A stretch of DNA of 64,000 nucleotides, from positions 416,001 to 480,000 of the forward strand of contig OZ244057.1 of the NCBI GenBank assembly GCA_965215515.1, given 5' to 3'. The position numbers and the translations under genes are program-made. Positions 19,601 to 28,252 of this stretch are shown here, piece after piece (the first letter of the stretch is position 1; the number at the start of each line of letters is the position of its first letter). The notes under the pieces are model-generated. The model saw nothing but the letters and a program-made list of their open reading frames with translations. It did no database searches and was not told the origin of the DNA. This DNA is from Oligoflexales bacterium. Its GTDB lineage: Bacteria > Bdellovibrionota_B > Oligoflexia > Oligoflexales > JAPPIL01.

Positions 19601-20377
19601 CTAGGCTACCACGCACATGAATACGCCTTCCATTTCTTGGCGAATCAGTTGGAGGGCTTGGCGGGTGACGGGGGAGTTGAGGTCAACTTTGTCGCGGAAA
19701 TAGTCGCCTTCGTTCATTCTGGTACGCAGCATTTTTGTCTGCCAGATGTTAGCATTGTTTATTTGGTGGTCGCAGCAGCGGTAATCTTGCAGTGTGGTGG
19801 TATCGATGTAGTCTCTGATGCTGGAGATTTGGTGGTCGAGGTAGACTCTTTTTCCTTGTTCGTCTCTGGTGAAACCGCGCACGAAGTAGTCGATAACCAC
19901 GACATCGGATGCGATCGCGTTGAGCATGAAGTTAAGTGCTTTCAGGGGCGAGATGTCCCCGCAGGTGGAGATGTTGATATCGATTCTGAACGAGCATACC
20001 TGTCCTTCGCCGCGAAAGTCTGGGTAGGTATGGGCACAGACGTGGCTTTTGTCGAGGTGCAGGGCTTGCAGGGCGGGGGCGGCGGCGGCATCACCGAGCA
20101 GCAGTAATGAGCTTGCTCCCCACGGCTCGTAGTCTTGTGACGAGGCAGCTAGCACGCGGGCGTTGATGATACGGGCGATACTGTGCAGCAGGTCAGCGAT
20201 ATGGTGACGGTTGAAGTTGCGATTGATGTAGGCGACGTATGAGTCTTTTTCCGCGGGGGTACGGGCAGCACAAAAGTCGTAGAGGTTGAAGTTCAGGGTT
20301 TTGGTTAGGTTGTTAAACCCTTGCAATTTGATGCAGGGGGGCTTGATCAGGCGTTGCATTTTAACATCGCTGTTCAT
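19601..20377 (-). CDS. speD: S-adenosylmethionine decarboxylase proenzyme (E. coli type)
   Basis: LQGFNNLTKTL, QDYEPWGAS, HLDKSH self-cleavage site, STCGDISPLKALN. Confidence 0.92.
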   Translation of the reverse strand: MNSDVKMQRLIKPPCIKLQGFNNLTKTLNFNLYDFCAARTPAEKDSYVAYINRNFNRHHIADLLHSIARIINARVLAASSQDYEPWGASSLLLLGDAAAAPALQALHLDKSHVCAHTYPDFRGEGQVCSFRIDINISTCGDISPLKALNFMLNAIASDVVVIDYFVRGFTRDEQGKRVYLDHQISSIRDYIDTTTLQDYRCCDHQINNANIWQTKMLRTRMNEGDYFRDKVDLNSPVTRQALQLIRQEMEGVFMCVVA

Positions 20378-22693
20378 TCAACTTTCCTCCTCGTAGGAGG
20401 GGGTAGCAAAATTAACTTGTAGAGACAACATATAAGAGGCCTCGTGTTCGTGTTCGTCCCAATCTTTCACGCGACGGAAGGCAAGTCCCCAGCATTGTTG
20501 CTGTCCTCGGTATTCACCACCGACCTGCCAGCGGTATTGCCGTTGTCCGTGTGCGGCCAGTGGTTTACGGGTGGCATATGCTGCTTGCAACTCCGTATGT
20601 CTTGCCAGTCGTGCAGCAATTTCCAAGCGTTGCACCTGTACTCGTGGTACAGCCGCCTCTCCTGTAACGAACACGTGGGGCATTATTTCCCAGCTTGGTT
20701 TGAGTTGCACCTTATCGCCTAAGGGCAGGCTTAGGACTAGCCGCAGCTGTTCGAATTCGTGTCGGTAGGTGTTCCATGCCAGTTCTTGTCGCAGTGAGAG
20801 CGAACCGTATTGCAGGCGCAGGTCGAGTTGTAGTGGACTCCATGCTTGGGGCAACACGGCATCACCGCGTCGTTTTGCCCTTGTGCGTCGTGTCGCTTGT
20901 CGTCGATCCCAGGTTGTGCTGACTCGCAGGCTGAGGGGGGTGTGGATGGGCGTGGGTGACATGCCTGCTAGTTCTCGGGAGGGCGAGGGTTGTGTGTTGA
21001 TTCGCCAGGCTTGCTCGAGTTCTAGTTCCCACACCTCGCTGCTCACGAGGTATGGGGTGGTGGGGTGGTCATCGTTGTTGTCGTGGAGTTGAAAAGCACC
21101 TGTCTTCCATACTTGTGGTTGTACAACTATGCCTGTGTTGAGGCGCACGAGGTGTTGCAGGAGGCGGGTTTGTTCTGGAGGGGAGGGGAGAAAGGTGTGT
21201 CCTGTGAGTGGTAAACTGAAACGCAGGCCTGTGCGCCAAGTGTATTGCTGGCTGTGTTGGTGGTCGAGCAGGTGGTGTGCTTCTACTTCCCAGAACTGTG
21301 TGACATCGAGTATTTTTTTATCCGTCAGGATGTTGGTGATGTGCAGTTGTGCTTGTCGGTGGGTGTGTATCTGTGACCATTTTCCGTAGTGTTGTTGTCG
21401 TAGGTGTAGCTGTGTCCAGGTTTGCAGGGGGGGCAGGTTGAGCAGTTGCAGGTGGCGTGATTGCAGGGTGAAGTTAGCTGGCAGTTGTACATTGTTGGGG
21501 GAGTAAGCATTATCACCAGCTAGGTGGCTGCTAGCTCCTATGTAGAGCTCGGGATGATCGAAGTGCAACCATAGTCGGCGAGCTGTGTAGGGGTGAAGGT
21601 CGTACGGTGCCTCGCCGCGTCGTGTTTGGTATAGGTTTTGGTTGTAGGCCATATCGCTGTGCAGGTCACCTTCACTGCCCAGGGAGAGTCGTGGGGTAAG
21701 AAAGTGTAGGTGTCGCCATTTCAGTGTCCCTCGCCAGGGTGGTTTATCGTTGTCGTTGCTGTGGCGGTTGTACAGTCCTTCGGCCAGCAATTGCCAGTGT
21801 TGTTGTTCCGAGAGGCGGCCACGGCTGCTCAGTGCGAGACGTAGGCCGTGTTGTTGTAGCCAGTCGAAGTAGATGGTGGCATCGGCTTCAGGGTTGAAGG
21901 CAACGAAGGCTGGTTGGCTGAGACTGAACCCTGTGTGCTTACGCCATCTGAACACGGGTCGTAGCAGCCCTGATTTGCGTTTCAGGGGCAGGCGCAGGAA
22001 GGGCAGGAAGAGTACTGGCCAACCGTGCACTTTCAGCACTGCGTGGTTAAAGTCGATGTGTTCGTCCAGGGTTGCGTTAATTTGTCGTGCTTGCAGTGCA
22101 AATACGGGTGGTTCGTCGTCTTGGCAGCGGCAGGGTGTGAGCGTTGCGGCGTTGGCTTGTAGTAGGTTTTGTTGTTTTTGTCGTGTGAGTTGGGTGCTGT
22201 GGAATTTGAGATAGTATGACGATTGTGTTGTGGGTGTATTGGCGTGGCGTGTTTGCAACCAGAGCTTTTGGCGGCGAGCGTGACGTGTTGTGTTGCTTGT
22301 GCCGTGTGTGAGGATTTGTTGGCGTAGGCGTTTACTTGCGGTGGGGTCGGAGATTATCAGTTGAGCATTGGTAACGATGAAGTCGTGTGTTTTCAGCCAG
22401 TAGCGTGCTGTGTCGGCGGACAGGGTGTGTTTTTCGCTTGCTGCGAGTATGTTACCTTTTGCTTCTAGTATTCCTGTATGTCGGTCGATGCTGATGTGGT
22501 CTGCTGTCATGACATAGCCGCCGCCGATGATTACTATGTTGCCGTTGAAGATTTGTCGTGTGCCGTTTTGTCGGAAGTAGGCTTCCGTCGCGTCGTAGAA
22601 CATTTTTTTGGTGGTGGGCAGTGGGGTTGCCGCGATGGTTTGGCCGCACAGTAATATCGTGTGCAGGGCGAGTGTAGGTGCGGTAGCTTGCAT
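20378..22693 (-). CDS. lptD: LPS-assembly protein LptD-like outer membrane protein
   Basis: 771 aa; OstA-like N-terminus, TPCRC, PVLFLP...RKSGLL.P, C-terminal QQCWG beta strands. Highly divergent. Confidence 0.7.
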   Translation of the reverse strand: MQATAPTLALHTILLCGQTIAATPLPTTKKMFYDATEAYFRQNGTRQIFNGNIVIIGGGYVMTADHISIDRHTGILEAKGNILAASEKHTLSADTARYWLKTHDFIVTNAQLIISDPTASKRLRQQILTHGTSNTTRHARRQKLWLQTRHANTPTTQSSYYLKFHSTQLTRQKQQNLLQANAATLTPCRCQDDEPPVFALQARQINATLDEHIDFNHAVLKVHGWPVLFLPFLRLPLKRKSGLLRPVFRWRKHTGFSLSQPAFVAFNPEADATIYFDWLQQHGLRLALSSRGRLSEQQHWQLLAEGLYNRHSNDNDKPPWRGTLKWRHLHFLTPRLSLGSEGDLHSDMAYNQNLYQTRRGEAPYDLHPYTARRLWLHFDHPELYIGASSHLAGDNAYSPNNVQLPANFTLQSRHLQLLNLPPLQTWTQLHLRQQHYGKWSQIHTHRQAQLHITNILTDKKILDVTQFWEVEAHHLLDHQHSQQYTWRTGLRFSLPLTGHTFLPSPPEQTRLLQHLVRLNTGIVVQPQVWKTGAFQLHDNNDDHPTTPYLVSSEVWELELEQAWRINTQPSPSRELAGMSPTPIHTPLSLRVSTTWDRRQATRRTRAKRRGDAVLPQAWSPLQLDLRLQYGSLSLRQELAWNTYRHEFEQLRLVLSLPLGDKVQLKPSWEIMPHVFVTGEAAVPRVQVQRLEIAARLARHTELQAAYATRKPLAAHGQRQYRWQVGGEYRGQQQCWGLAFRRVKDWDEHEHEASYMLSLQVNFATPSYEEES

Positions 22694-22772
22694 GAGGTTC
22701 TCTGTTCCCTCTCCCTGTCAGCCTAGCAGACGTTGTAGGGGGGAGCAAGTGTGGTCAGTTCAGGATTATTTT

Positions 22773-24131
22773 TTATCGTAGTTCCCATTCGTGGTCGGTG
22801 TCGATTATGTTTAGTGCCTCACCCAGTCCGTAGAATGAGCCGCAGATGACTAGGGGGTGTGTGTCGTGTTTATTGGCGATGTTGTGCCAGGCGGCGGTGA
22901 AGTCATTGTACCAGAGGTGTCGGTATGGTGTGGGCAGTTGGGAGCGGATCATGCTGCGTTCATTTTTTAGGGCGAAGATTGCCAGTGGTTTTAGCCGTGA
23001 TGCGAGTAGGGGGATGATTTTATTAATTTCTTTATCGTGCAGCAGGGAGAGCATACCTGTTACGGTATGGTAGCGTGTTTTTAGTTCTGTGACCAGTGCT
23101 AGTGTTCCGTCGTAGTTGTGGCAGGCATCGAGCAGTAGTGGTCGTTTTTGTTTTGTGTAGCGGTGGTGTAGGTGCCGCAGTTGAAAGCGGGCGGGCAGGT
23201 GGGGGGGGAGTGTTATCGTGTGGTTGTGGCTGGTCGTGGTGGTGAAGTTTGGCGTGGAGAGGTTGGGGTAGTGTAGCAGCCACCAGTGCAGGGCGGAGGC
23301 GAGGCAGAAGTTGTGTTGTAGCCAGTGTGGTTGTGTTTGCAGGTGGAGGGGGAGGGGAAGGTTGAGGGGGGGGAGGTCGGGCAGGGTGATGTTGAGGGCG
23401 TGGTCGGGGTTAAGCTTGAAGTCGTGTCCTGCGCTGAATAGGGTAAGTTGTTTTTGTGTGACGATTTTTTGCAGGGTGTGGTGTAGGCCGCTATCGTTTG
23501 CGCCTGAGCCTTGCTTACCCCAGAAGAGGGGGCGGTGGGGGCGGGCGATGCCTATCTTGTCGGCGAGGATGGCGCGGTAGGTAGTGCCGAGGTATTGTTG
23601 GTGGTCTGTGCCGATTGAGACGATAGCTGCGGCGAGTGGTTCGCAGATATTGACGGCATCCCAGGTACCGCCGAGTCCGACTTCCAACACGTTGATGTCG
23701 GTGGCGTTGTTATTGAAGACGTGGAAGGAGAGTAGGGTGGTACATTCGAAGAAGGTCAGTTGTCCGTGCCAGCACGGGGTGAGAAGCGTTTCCAGTTTTT
23801 GCCATTCGTTGAGGAGGGTCGTATCGTCCAGTGGTATGTGTGAGGTTTGGATACGTTCGCAGAAGTTTGATACATGTGGCGAAGTGTAGAGTCCCACTTT
23901 CAAGCCCGCGATTTTGCTCAGCAAGGAGAAGAGAAAACCCGCGGTTGTTCCTTTCCCGTTTGTGCCTCCGATGAGCACGCAGGGGGCGTGTAGTTGCAGT
24001 TGAGGTAGGGCGGTAGTCACGGCGCGCATTTGCACGAGGCTTGGGTTAATGCGGTGTGGGGAGGAACGGGCGAAGGCGAGAATTTTGTTGATGATCGTGG
24101 ATATGGCGGTAGTCCTAGGGTGTGTTAGCAA
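22773..24131 (-). CDS. folC: Folylpolyglutamate synthase/dihydrofolate synthase
   Basis: GGTNGKGTT, GLYTSPH, TFFE, LEVGLGG, DACHN, ICGSFY. Confidence 0.92.
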   Translation of the reverse strand: MLTHPRTTAISTIINKILAFARSSPHRINPSLVQMRAVTTALPQLQLHAPCVLIGGTNGKGTTAGFLFSLLSKIAGLKVGLYTSPHVSNFCERIQTSHIPLDDTTLLNEWQKLETLLTPCWHGQLTFFECTTLLSFHVFNNNATDINVLEVGLGGTWDAVNICEPLAAAIVSIGTDHQQYLGTTYRAILADKIGIARPHRPLFWGKQGSGANDSGLHHTLQKIVTQKQLTLFSAGHDFKLNPDHALNITLPDLPPLNLPLPLHLQTQPHWLQHNFCLASALHWWLLHYPNLSTPNFTTTTSHNHTITLPPHLPARFQLRHLHHRYTKQKRPLLLDACHNYDGTLALVTELKTRYHTVTGMLSLLHDKEINKIIPLLASRLKPLAIFALKNERSMIRSQLPTPYRHLWYNDFTAAWHNIANKHDTHPLVICGSFYGLGEALNIIDTDHEWELR

Positions 24132-24963
24132 TTTGGTCAGGGGTGGTAGGCCAGAGGATGTGGAGAATTTTGCTTATGGTGCCGCGCAGTTGGGCGCGAT
24201 GGCAGATCATGTCGAGCATACCGTGTTCGAGAAGGTATTCGGAGCGTTGAAAGCCTGGCGGTAGTTTTTCTCTGATCGTTTGGCTGATAACTCGTGGACC
24301 AGCGAAGCCGATCAGGGCGTTTGGTTCTGCGATGTTGACATCCGCGAGGAGGGCGAAGCTTGCTGCCACTCCTCCTGTGGTGGGGTTGGTGAGGATGGAG
24401 ATGAAGGGTATGCCCTCTTGTTGCAGTTCGGCGAGGGCGGTGCAGGTTTTGGCCATTTGCAGCAGGCTGATTAGTCCTTCTTGCATTCGTGCGCCACCTG
24501 AGGCGGAGAAAATAACTGTCGGTTGGCGTGCGGTGCGGGCGCGATCGAAGAGGCGGGTGATTTTTTCGCCTACCACCGCTCCCATGCTTCCGCCTAGGAA
24601 GGCGAAATCGAAGGCGGCTACCATGATTGGCATACCGTTTAGTTTGCCTTGTCCGCTGACGACAGCATCGCGATGTTTGAGTTTTCGTTGCAGCTCGGCG
24701 AGGCGTTGGGCGTAGGGTTTGCGGTCGGCGAATTGCAGTGGGTCGGTGCTGCGCAGTGTTTGGTCGTGTTCGTGGAAGCTGTTGCCATCGAGAAAGAGGG
24801 CAAGGCGACGGTCGGCGTTGAGCGGCACGTGATGGCCGCACAGCGGGCAGACGTTGAGGTTATTCTCGAAGTCGTCGCGGTAGACAATTTCTTTGCACTT
24901 ACTGCATTTGTGCCACAGTGCTTCGGAGGTAACACGGCGTTCGTGGTCGCTATCGCTGCTCAT
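24115..24963 (-). CDS. accD: Acetyl-CoA carboxylase carboxyltransferase beta subunit
   Basis: LWHKCSKC...VCPLC, FLGGSMG, SGGARMQEG, PTTGGVAAS, FAGPRVI. Confidence 0.97.
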   Translation of the reverse strand: MSSDSDHERRVTSEALWHKCSKCKEIVYRDDFENNLNVCPLCGHHVPLNADRRLALFLDGNSFHEHDQTLRSTDPLQFADRKPYAQRLAELQRKLKHRDAVVSGQGKLNGMPIMVAAFDFAFLGGSMGAVVGEKITRLFDRARTARQPTVIFSASGGARMQEGLISLLQMAKTCTALAELQQEGIPFISILTNPTTGGVAASFALLADVNIAEPNALIGFAGPRVISQTIREKLPPGFQRSEYLLEHGMLDMICHRAQLRGTISKILHILWPTTPDQIANTP

Positions 24964-24996
24964 GCTTGCCTCTCGGGGGTAGCGTGCAGGGGGCTA

Positions 24997-25977
24997 TCAC
25001 TTATCTAGCGTTATTTCCATCAGCCGTGTCTTTCTGTCTAAACTCCCGCGTCGTAGTTTTTCGTTGCCTTCGTAGACCTTGTAGGTGATGTAATTCAGCC
25101 TTGATCCGTTCAGTGCCATTATCATTCTCGAGGTAGGCATGAGGTATTCGACCAGCAGTTTACCGTCTGGCTGGGTAATGCGGCCTAGTTCCCGCAGTGC
25201 GGCGGTACACTCGTCAAATGGACAGGTTACCCTCTTCAGTGGCCCGCCGAGCGCGATGACAGCCCCGAAGGTATCGTCGGGCAACCCAGTGCTATACATG
25301 CTACCGAACAGGTACCAGGGATTATCGCTGAAGGTGCGGTATGTGCCGCTGATATCGAAACTAAAAACCGTCATATTTTTCCATTCGGCACGTGGTGTAC
25401 CTGCTTGCTCTTGTCGGATGGCGCTCAACTTGCGGAGCAGGTAGGAGAAGTGGTAACCGCCTGCGGCGACATTTAGTACTGGCGGCTCAACTCGAGCGAG
25501 GAAATCTTCAAAACGAAAACCCGATTCTTCGAACAGTCCGTGCAGATAGTTAACCATACGTTCGCTGTAGATGTATTCGCCTTGCACGTTCCCTTCGGAG
25601 TCACTGATGCTGACGACTGTAGGGGCGTTGTTCCTTGCTGTGCGGTGCTTAAATTGTCCATAGCCAGGAGTTTCTTCGGCGACGATGTGGTGAGTTGTCA
25701 CCGTGCCATCCGCATATGTCAACACGGTGCGTTTATATGAAAGAAAGTCGGGCGGCAGCCCTGGCGCAAGAAAATTATCTCGAAAAACATGTAAGGCATA
25801 GCCATCTTCGACAGATGCAGTGGGCTGTTCTAACTGTTTCAGCCAGGGGTAGTGAAGGACAATCCTGCCTATTCTCCCCCGCGTAGGTTGGGACGCTACG
25901 GAGAAGCGTTGCAGATAGCTAGCGACAGCAACTTGTGACACACAAGCGATCGACAGTAAGGCAATTAAGGTCTTCAC
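24997..25977 (-). CDS. Signal-peptide protein with C-terminal class I SAM-methyltransferase-like fold
   Basis: MKTLIALLSIACVSQVAVA; VLNVAAGG, VFSFDIS, GLPDDTFGAVI, ALRELGRITQPDGKLLV. Confidence 0.6.
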   Translation of the reverse strand: MKTLIALLSIACVSQVAVASYLQRFSVASQPTRGRIGRIVLHYPWLKQLEQPTASVEDGYALHVFRDNFLAPGLPPDFLSYKRTVLTYADGTVTTHHIVAEETPGYGQFKHRTARNNAPTVVSISDSEGNVQGEYIYSERMVNYLHGLFEESGFRFEDFLARVEPPVLNVAAGGYHFSYLLRKLSAIRQEQAGTPRAEWKNMTVFSFDISGTYRTFSDNPWYLFGSMYSTGLPDDTFGAVIALGGPLKRVTCPFDECTAALRELGRITQPDGKLLVEYLMPTSRMIMALNGSRLNYITYKVYEGNEKLRRGSLDRKTRLMEITLDK

Positions 25978-26252
25978 AGTTCGTAAAACTCCCCTCTCAC
26001 GAGTACCACCCCGCCGTCAGGATAACGACAACGGATGCGCCGCCTTGTATCGCACAAGGCATGATCTGTCAAGAGTAAACCATGAACATCAGCTTTCATA
26101 AAATAAAGATAATAAAATCAATCAATTATCCAGAGTTTTACGTACAAAGCCTTACCTATCCTGAAATATTGTCAAGATAGGGGATGAATAGCCACTGATT
26201 TTTCTCTTTTGATGCTGCTGTGTTAAAATGTAGTTAGCCTAATCATGATCGG

Positions 26253-27386
26253 GTGGTCTCTGTGCACGGTAAGCCGCAGGTCTATTTTGACAACAATGCA
26301 ACGACGCGGCTTTCACGCAGAGTCGAAGCTTGGCTTAGGAGCGATTTTGTCGCTAGATACGCTAACCCCTCTTCCACACACCTGCTAGGGCAAGAGCTGA
26401 GCGCCGAGATCGACAATGATCGAAGCTATATAGCTGATTTTGTTGGTGCAAATCCAAGCAATATCTTTTTTACCAGTGGTGCGACGGAGGCAATTAACAG
26501 CATCTTGCATCCGCTGTTTTTACAGGAGAGTGGCATTGAGGTAGTGCTCACCTCGCGACTTGAACACAGTGCTGTCGATGGTTGTATAGAGAGATTGAGA
26601 CAGCATCATACCAAGGTGATCTACCTCAACAATGGTAGCAATGGCCTGCTCTGTCCCGAACATTTGGCGGCACAAGTGCGGGCACATCCGCATGCGTTAG
26701 TGACCTTGCTTGGTGCAAATAATGAAACTGGCGTTGTGCAAGATATTGTACAGCTTACCACAATATGCCAAGCACACGACTGTCTTGTGCATCTTGATGG
26801 TGTGCAGATGCTTGGCAAGTTGCCTGTCAATCTCACCGAGATGGGTGTTAACTTCGCTAGTTTTTCCGCACACAAGCTCGGTGGTTTGAAGGGCGTGGGT
26901 TTTACTTATGTGCGTGAGCCATCACAATTCACCCCACTTATCGTCGGCGGAGGCCAGGAAAGTGGCTTACGTGCTGGCACATACAACGCGGGTGGTATTA
27001 AGAGTTTGCGCTTGGCGTTAGAGGACACAAGACATTGGGATTTACAAAAAATAAAAAGCATCCGTGATGCTTTTGAAGATGAGATAAAAAATTTCAAAAT
27101 AAAAGCAGAGGTTAATTGCCAAAATGCTCCTCGCTTGTGCAACACTAGCAACATACATCTCCCTAGCTTGCCTGCTCAAGCAATAGTAATGGGGCTTGCT
27201 ACGCGAGGAGTATACGTTTCGGTAGGGTCAGCTTGTCATGGTGCAGAACCAAGCCGTGTGTTAATGGGGCTCGGCTTTGACAGAGACTATGCGGCATCGT
27301 CTTTGCGGTTTTCTTTTGCTGATTTTAACCGCAGTGCAGAAATTGAATATGCTACTGAAGTTTTGCGTGAGATATTAGATAGATGA
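26253..27386 (+). CDS. sspA: Cysteine desulfurase (SspA/DndA-like)
   Basis: YFDNNATT, FFTSGATEAIN, SAHKLGG (PLP Lys), GGGQESGLRAGT, SVGSACH; ATGA overlap with the DUF4007 gene. Confidence 0.88.
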   Translation: MVSVHGKPQVYFDNNATTRLSRRVEAWLRSDFVARYANPSSTHLLGQELSAEIDNDRSYIADFVGANPSNIFFTSGATEAINSILHPLFLQESGIEVVLTSRLEHSAVDGCIERLRQHHTKVIYLNNGSNGLLCPEHLAAQVRAHPHALVTLLGANNETGVVQDIVQLTTICQAHDCLVHLDGVQMLGKLPVNLTEMGVNFASFSAHKLGGLKGVGFTYVREPSQFTPLIVGGGQESGLRAGTYNAGGIKSLRLALEDTRHWDLQKIKSIRDAFEDEIKNFKIKAEVNCQNAPRLCNTSNIHLPSLPAQAIVMGLATRGVYVSVGSACHGAEPSRVLMGLGFDRDYAASSLRFSFADFNRSAEIEYATEVLREILDR

Positions 27387-28252
27387 AATTTGGTGGTCAC
27401 GAAACATTTCATCTGCGTGATAATTGGCTGTTCAAAGGCCTGCGAATGCTAGCAAACGAGGGCGATTTGTTCAGCGATAGAGACGAAGCGATTGCGGTGC
27501 TCGGTGTTGGCACAAACATGGTAAAGTCAATGCGCTATTGGCTGTTAGCGACAGAGTTTGCCACAATTACAGACGGAACACTTACCTCGAGCCATATCGG
27601 CAAACTAATGCTGGCACGTGATCCATACTGCGATTGGCTAGGCTCGGCGTGGTTACTACATTATTCGTTAGCTTGTAACAAGAGCTATGCCACTACGTGG
27701 TTTTGGTTTTTCAATAAGTTTGGTATAAGCGAGTTCACCCCCGAATCAGCGGTGTATTATCTTGAAAACTACTGCTTACTCAACAACAAAAAAATAAACC
27801 GCAACACCCTCACTAAAGACATCAACACGCTTTTACGCATGTATGTTGAGCCAATCTTTGATGGACGCAGAACACCAGAAGATGTTGATGTTTGTCCTTT
27901 AACGAGGCTGTCCCTAATTAAGAAAGATACTAGCAATACTTATCGCTTAAATACACCTGATATTGATGAATTACCTGTGCAAATTTTTGGCTATACTCTA
28001 GTGCAGTTTTGGACACAGCAGTTGCAAAAGGTTGCACAGTTTTCTTTTGATGAGTTGCTTAAACGTGATTGCTCCCCTACGAAAGTATTTTGCTTGAACA
28101 CTGAGCGCACCATAGATCTACTGAATAAACTGGTGGAAAAGTTCCCACGTTGGTTTAGCTATCACCATACAGGAGGATTTTTTTCTATTGAAATAAATAC
28201 TAAAGTGCGGGAAGAAAAATTGCTAGACAGCTACTATGGAGAGGCAACTTGA
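27383..28252 (+). CDS. sspB: DUF4007 protein (SspB-like)
   Basis: KFGGHETFHLRDNWLFKG, LGVGTNMVKSMRYWL, DPY...WLLHY, WFWFFN. Confidence 0.88.
   Translation: MKFGGHETFHLRDNWLFKGLRMLANEGDLFSDRDEAIAVLGVGTNMVKSMRYWLLATEFATITDGTLTSSHIGKLMLARDPYCDWLGSAWLLHYSLACNKSYATTWFWFFNKFGISEFTPESAVYYLENYCLLNNKKINRNTLTKDINTLLRMYVEPIFDGRRTPEDVDVCPLTRLSLIKKDTSNTYRLNTPDIDELPVQIFGYTLVQFWTQQLQKVAQFSFDELLKRDCSPTKVFCLNTERTIDLLNKLVEKFPRWFSYHHTGGFFSIEINTKVREEKLLDSYYGEAT

Noticed and set aside
26253..27386. Housekeeping iscS/nifS
   Set aside because: No iscU/suf neighbours; the gene overlaps DUF4007 inside the AT-rich island.
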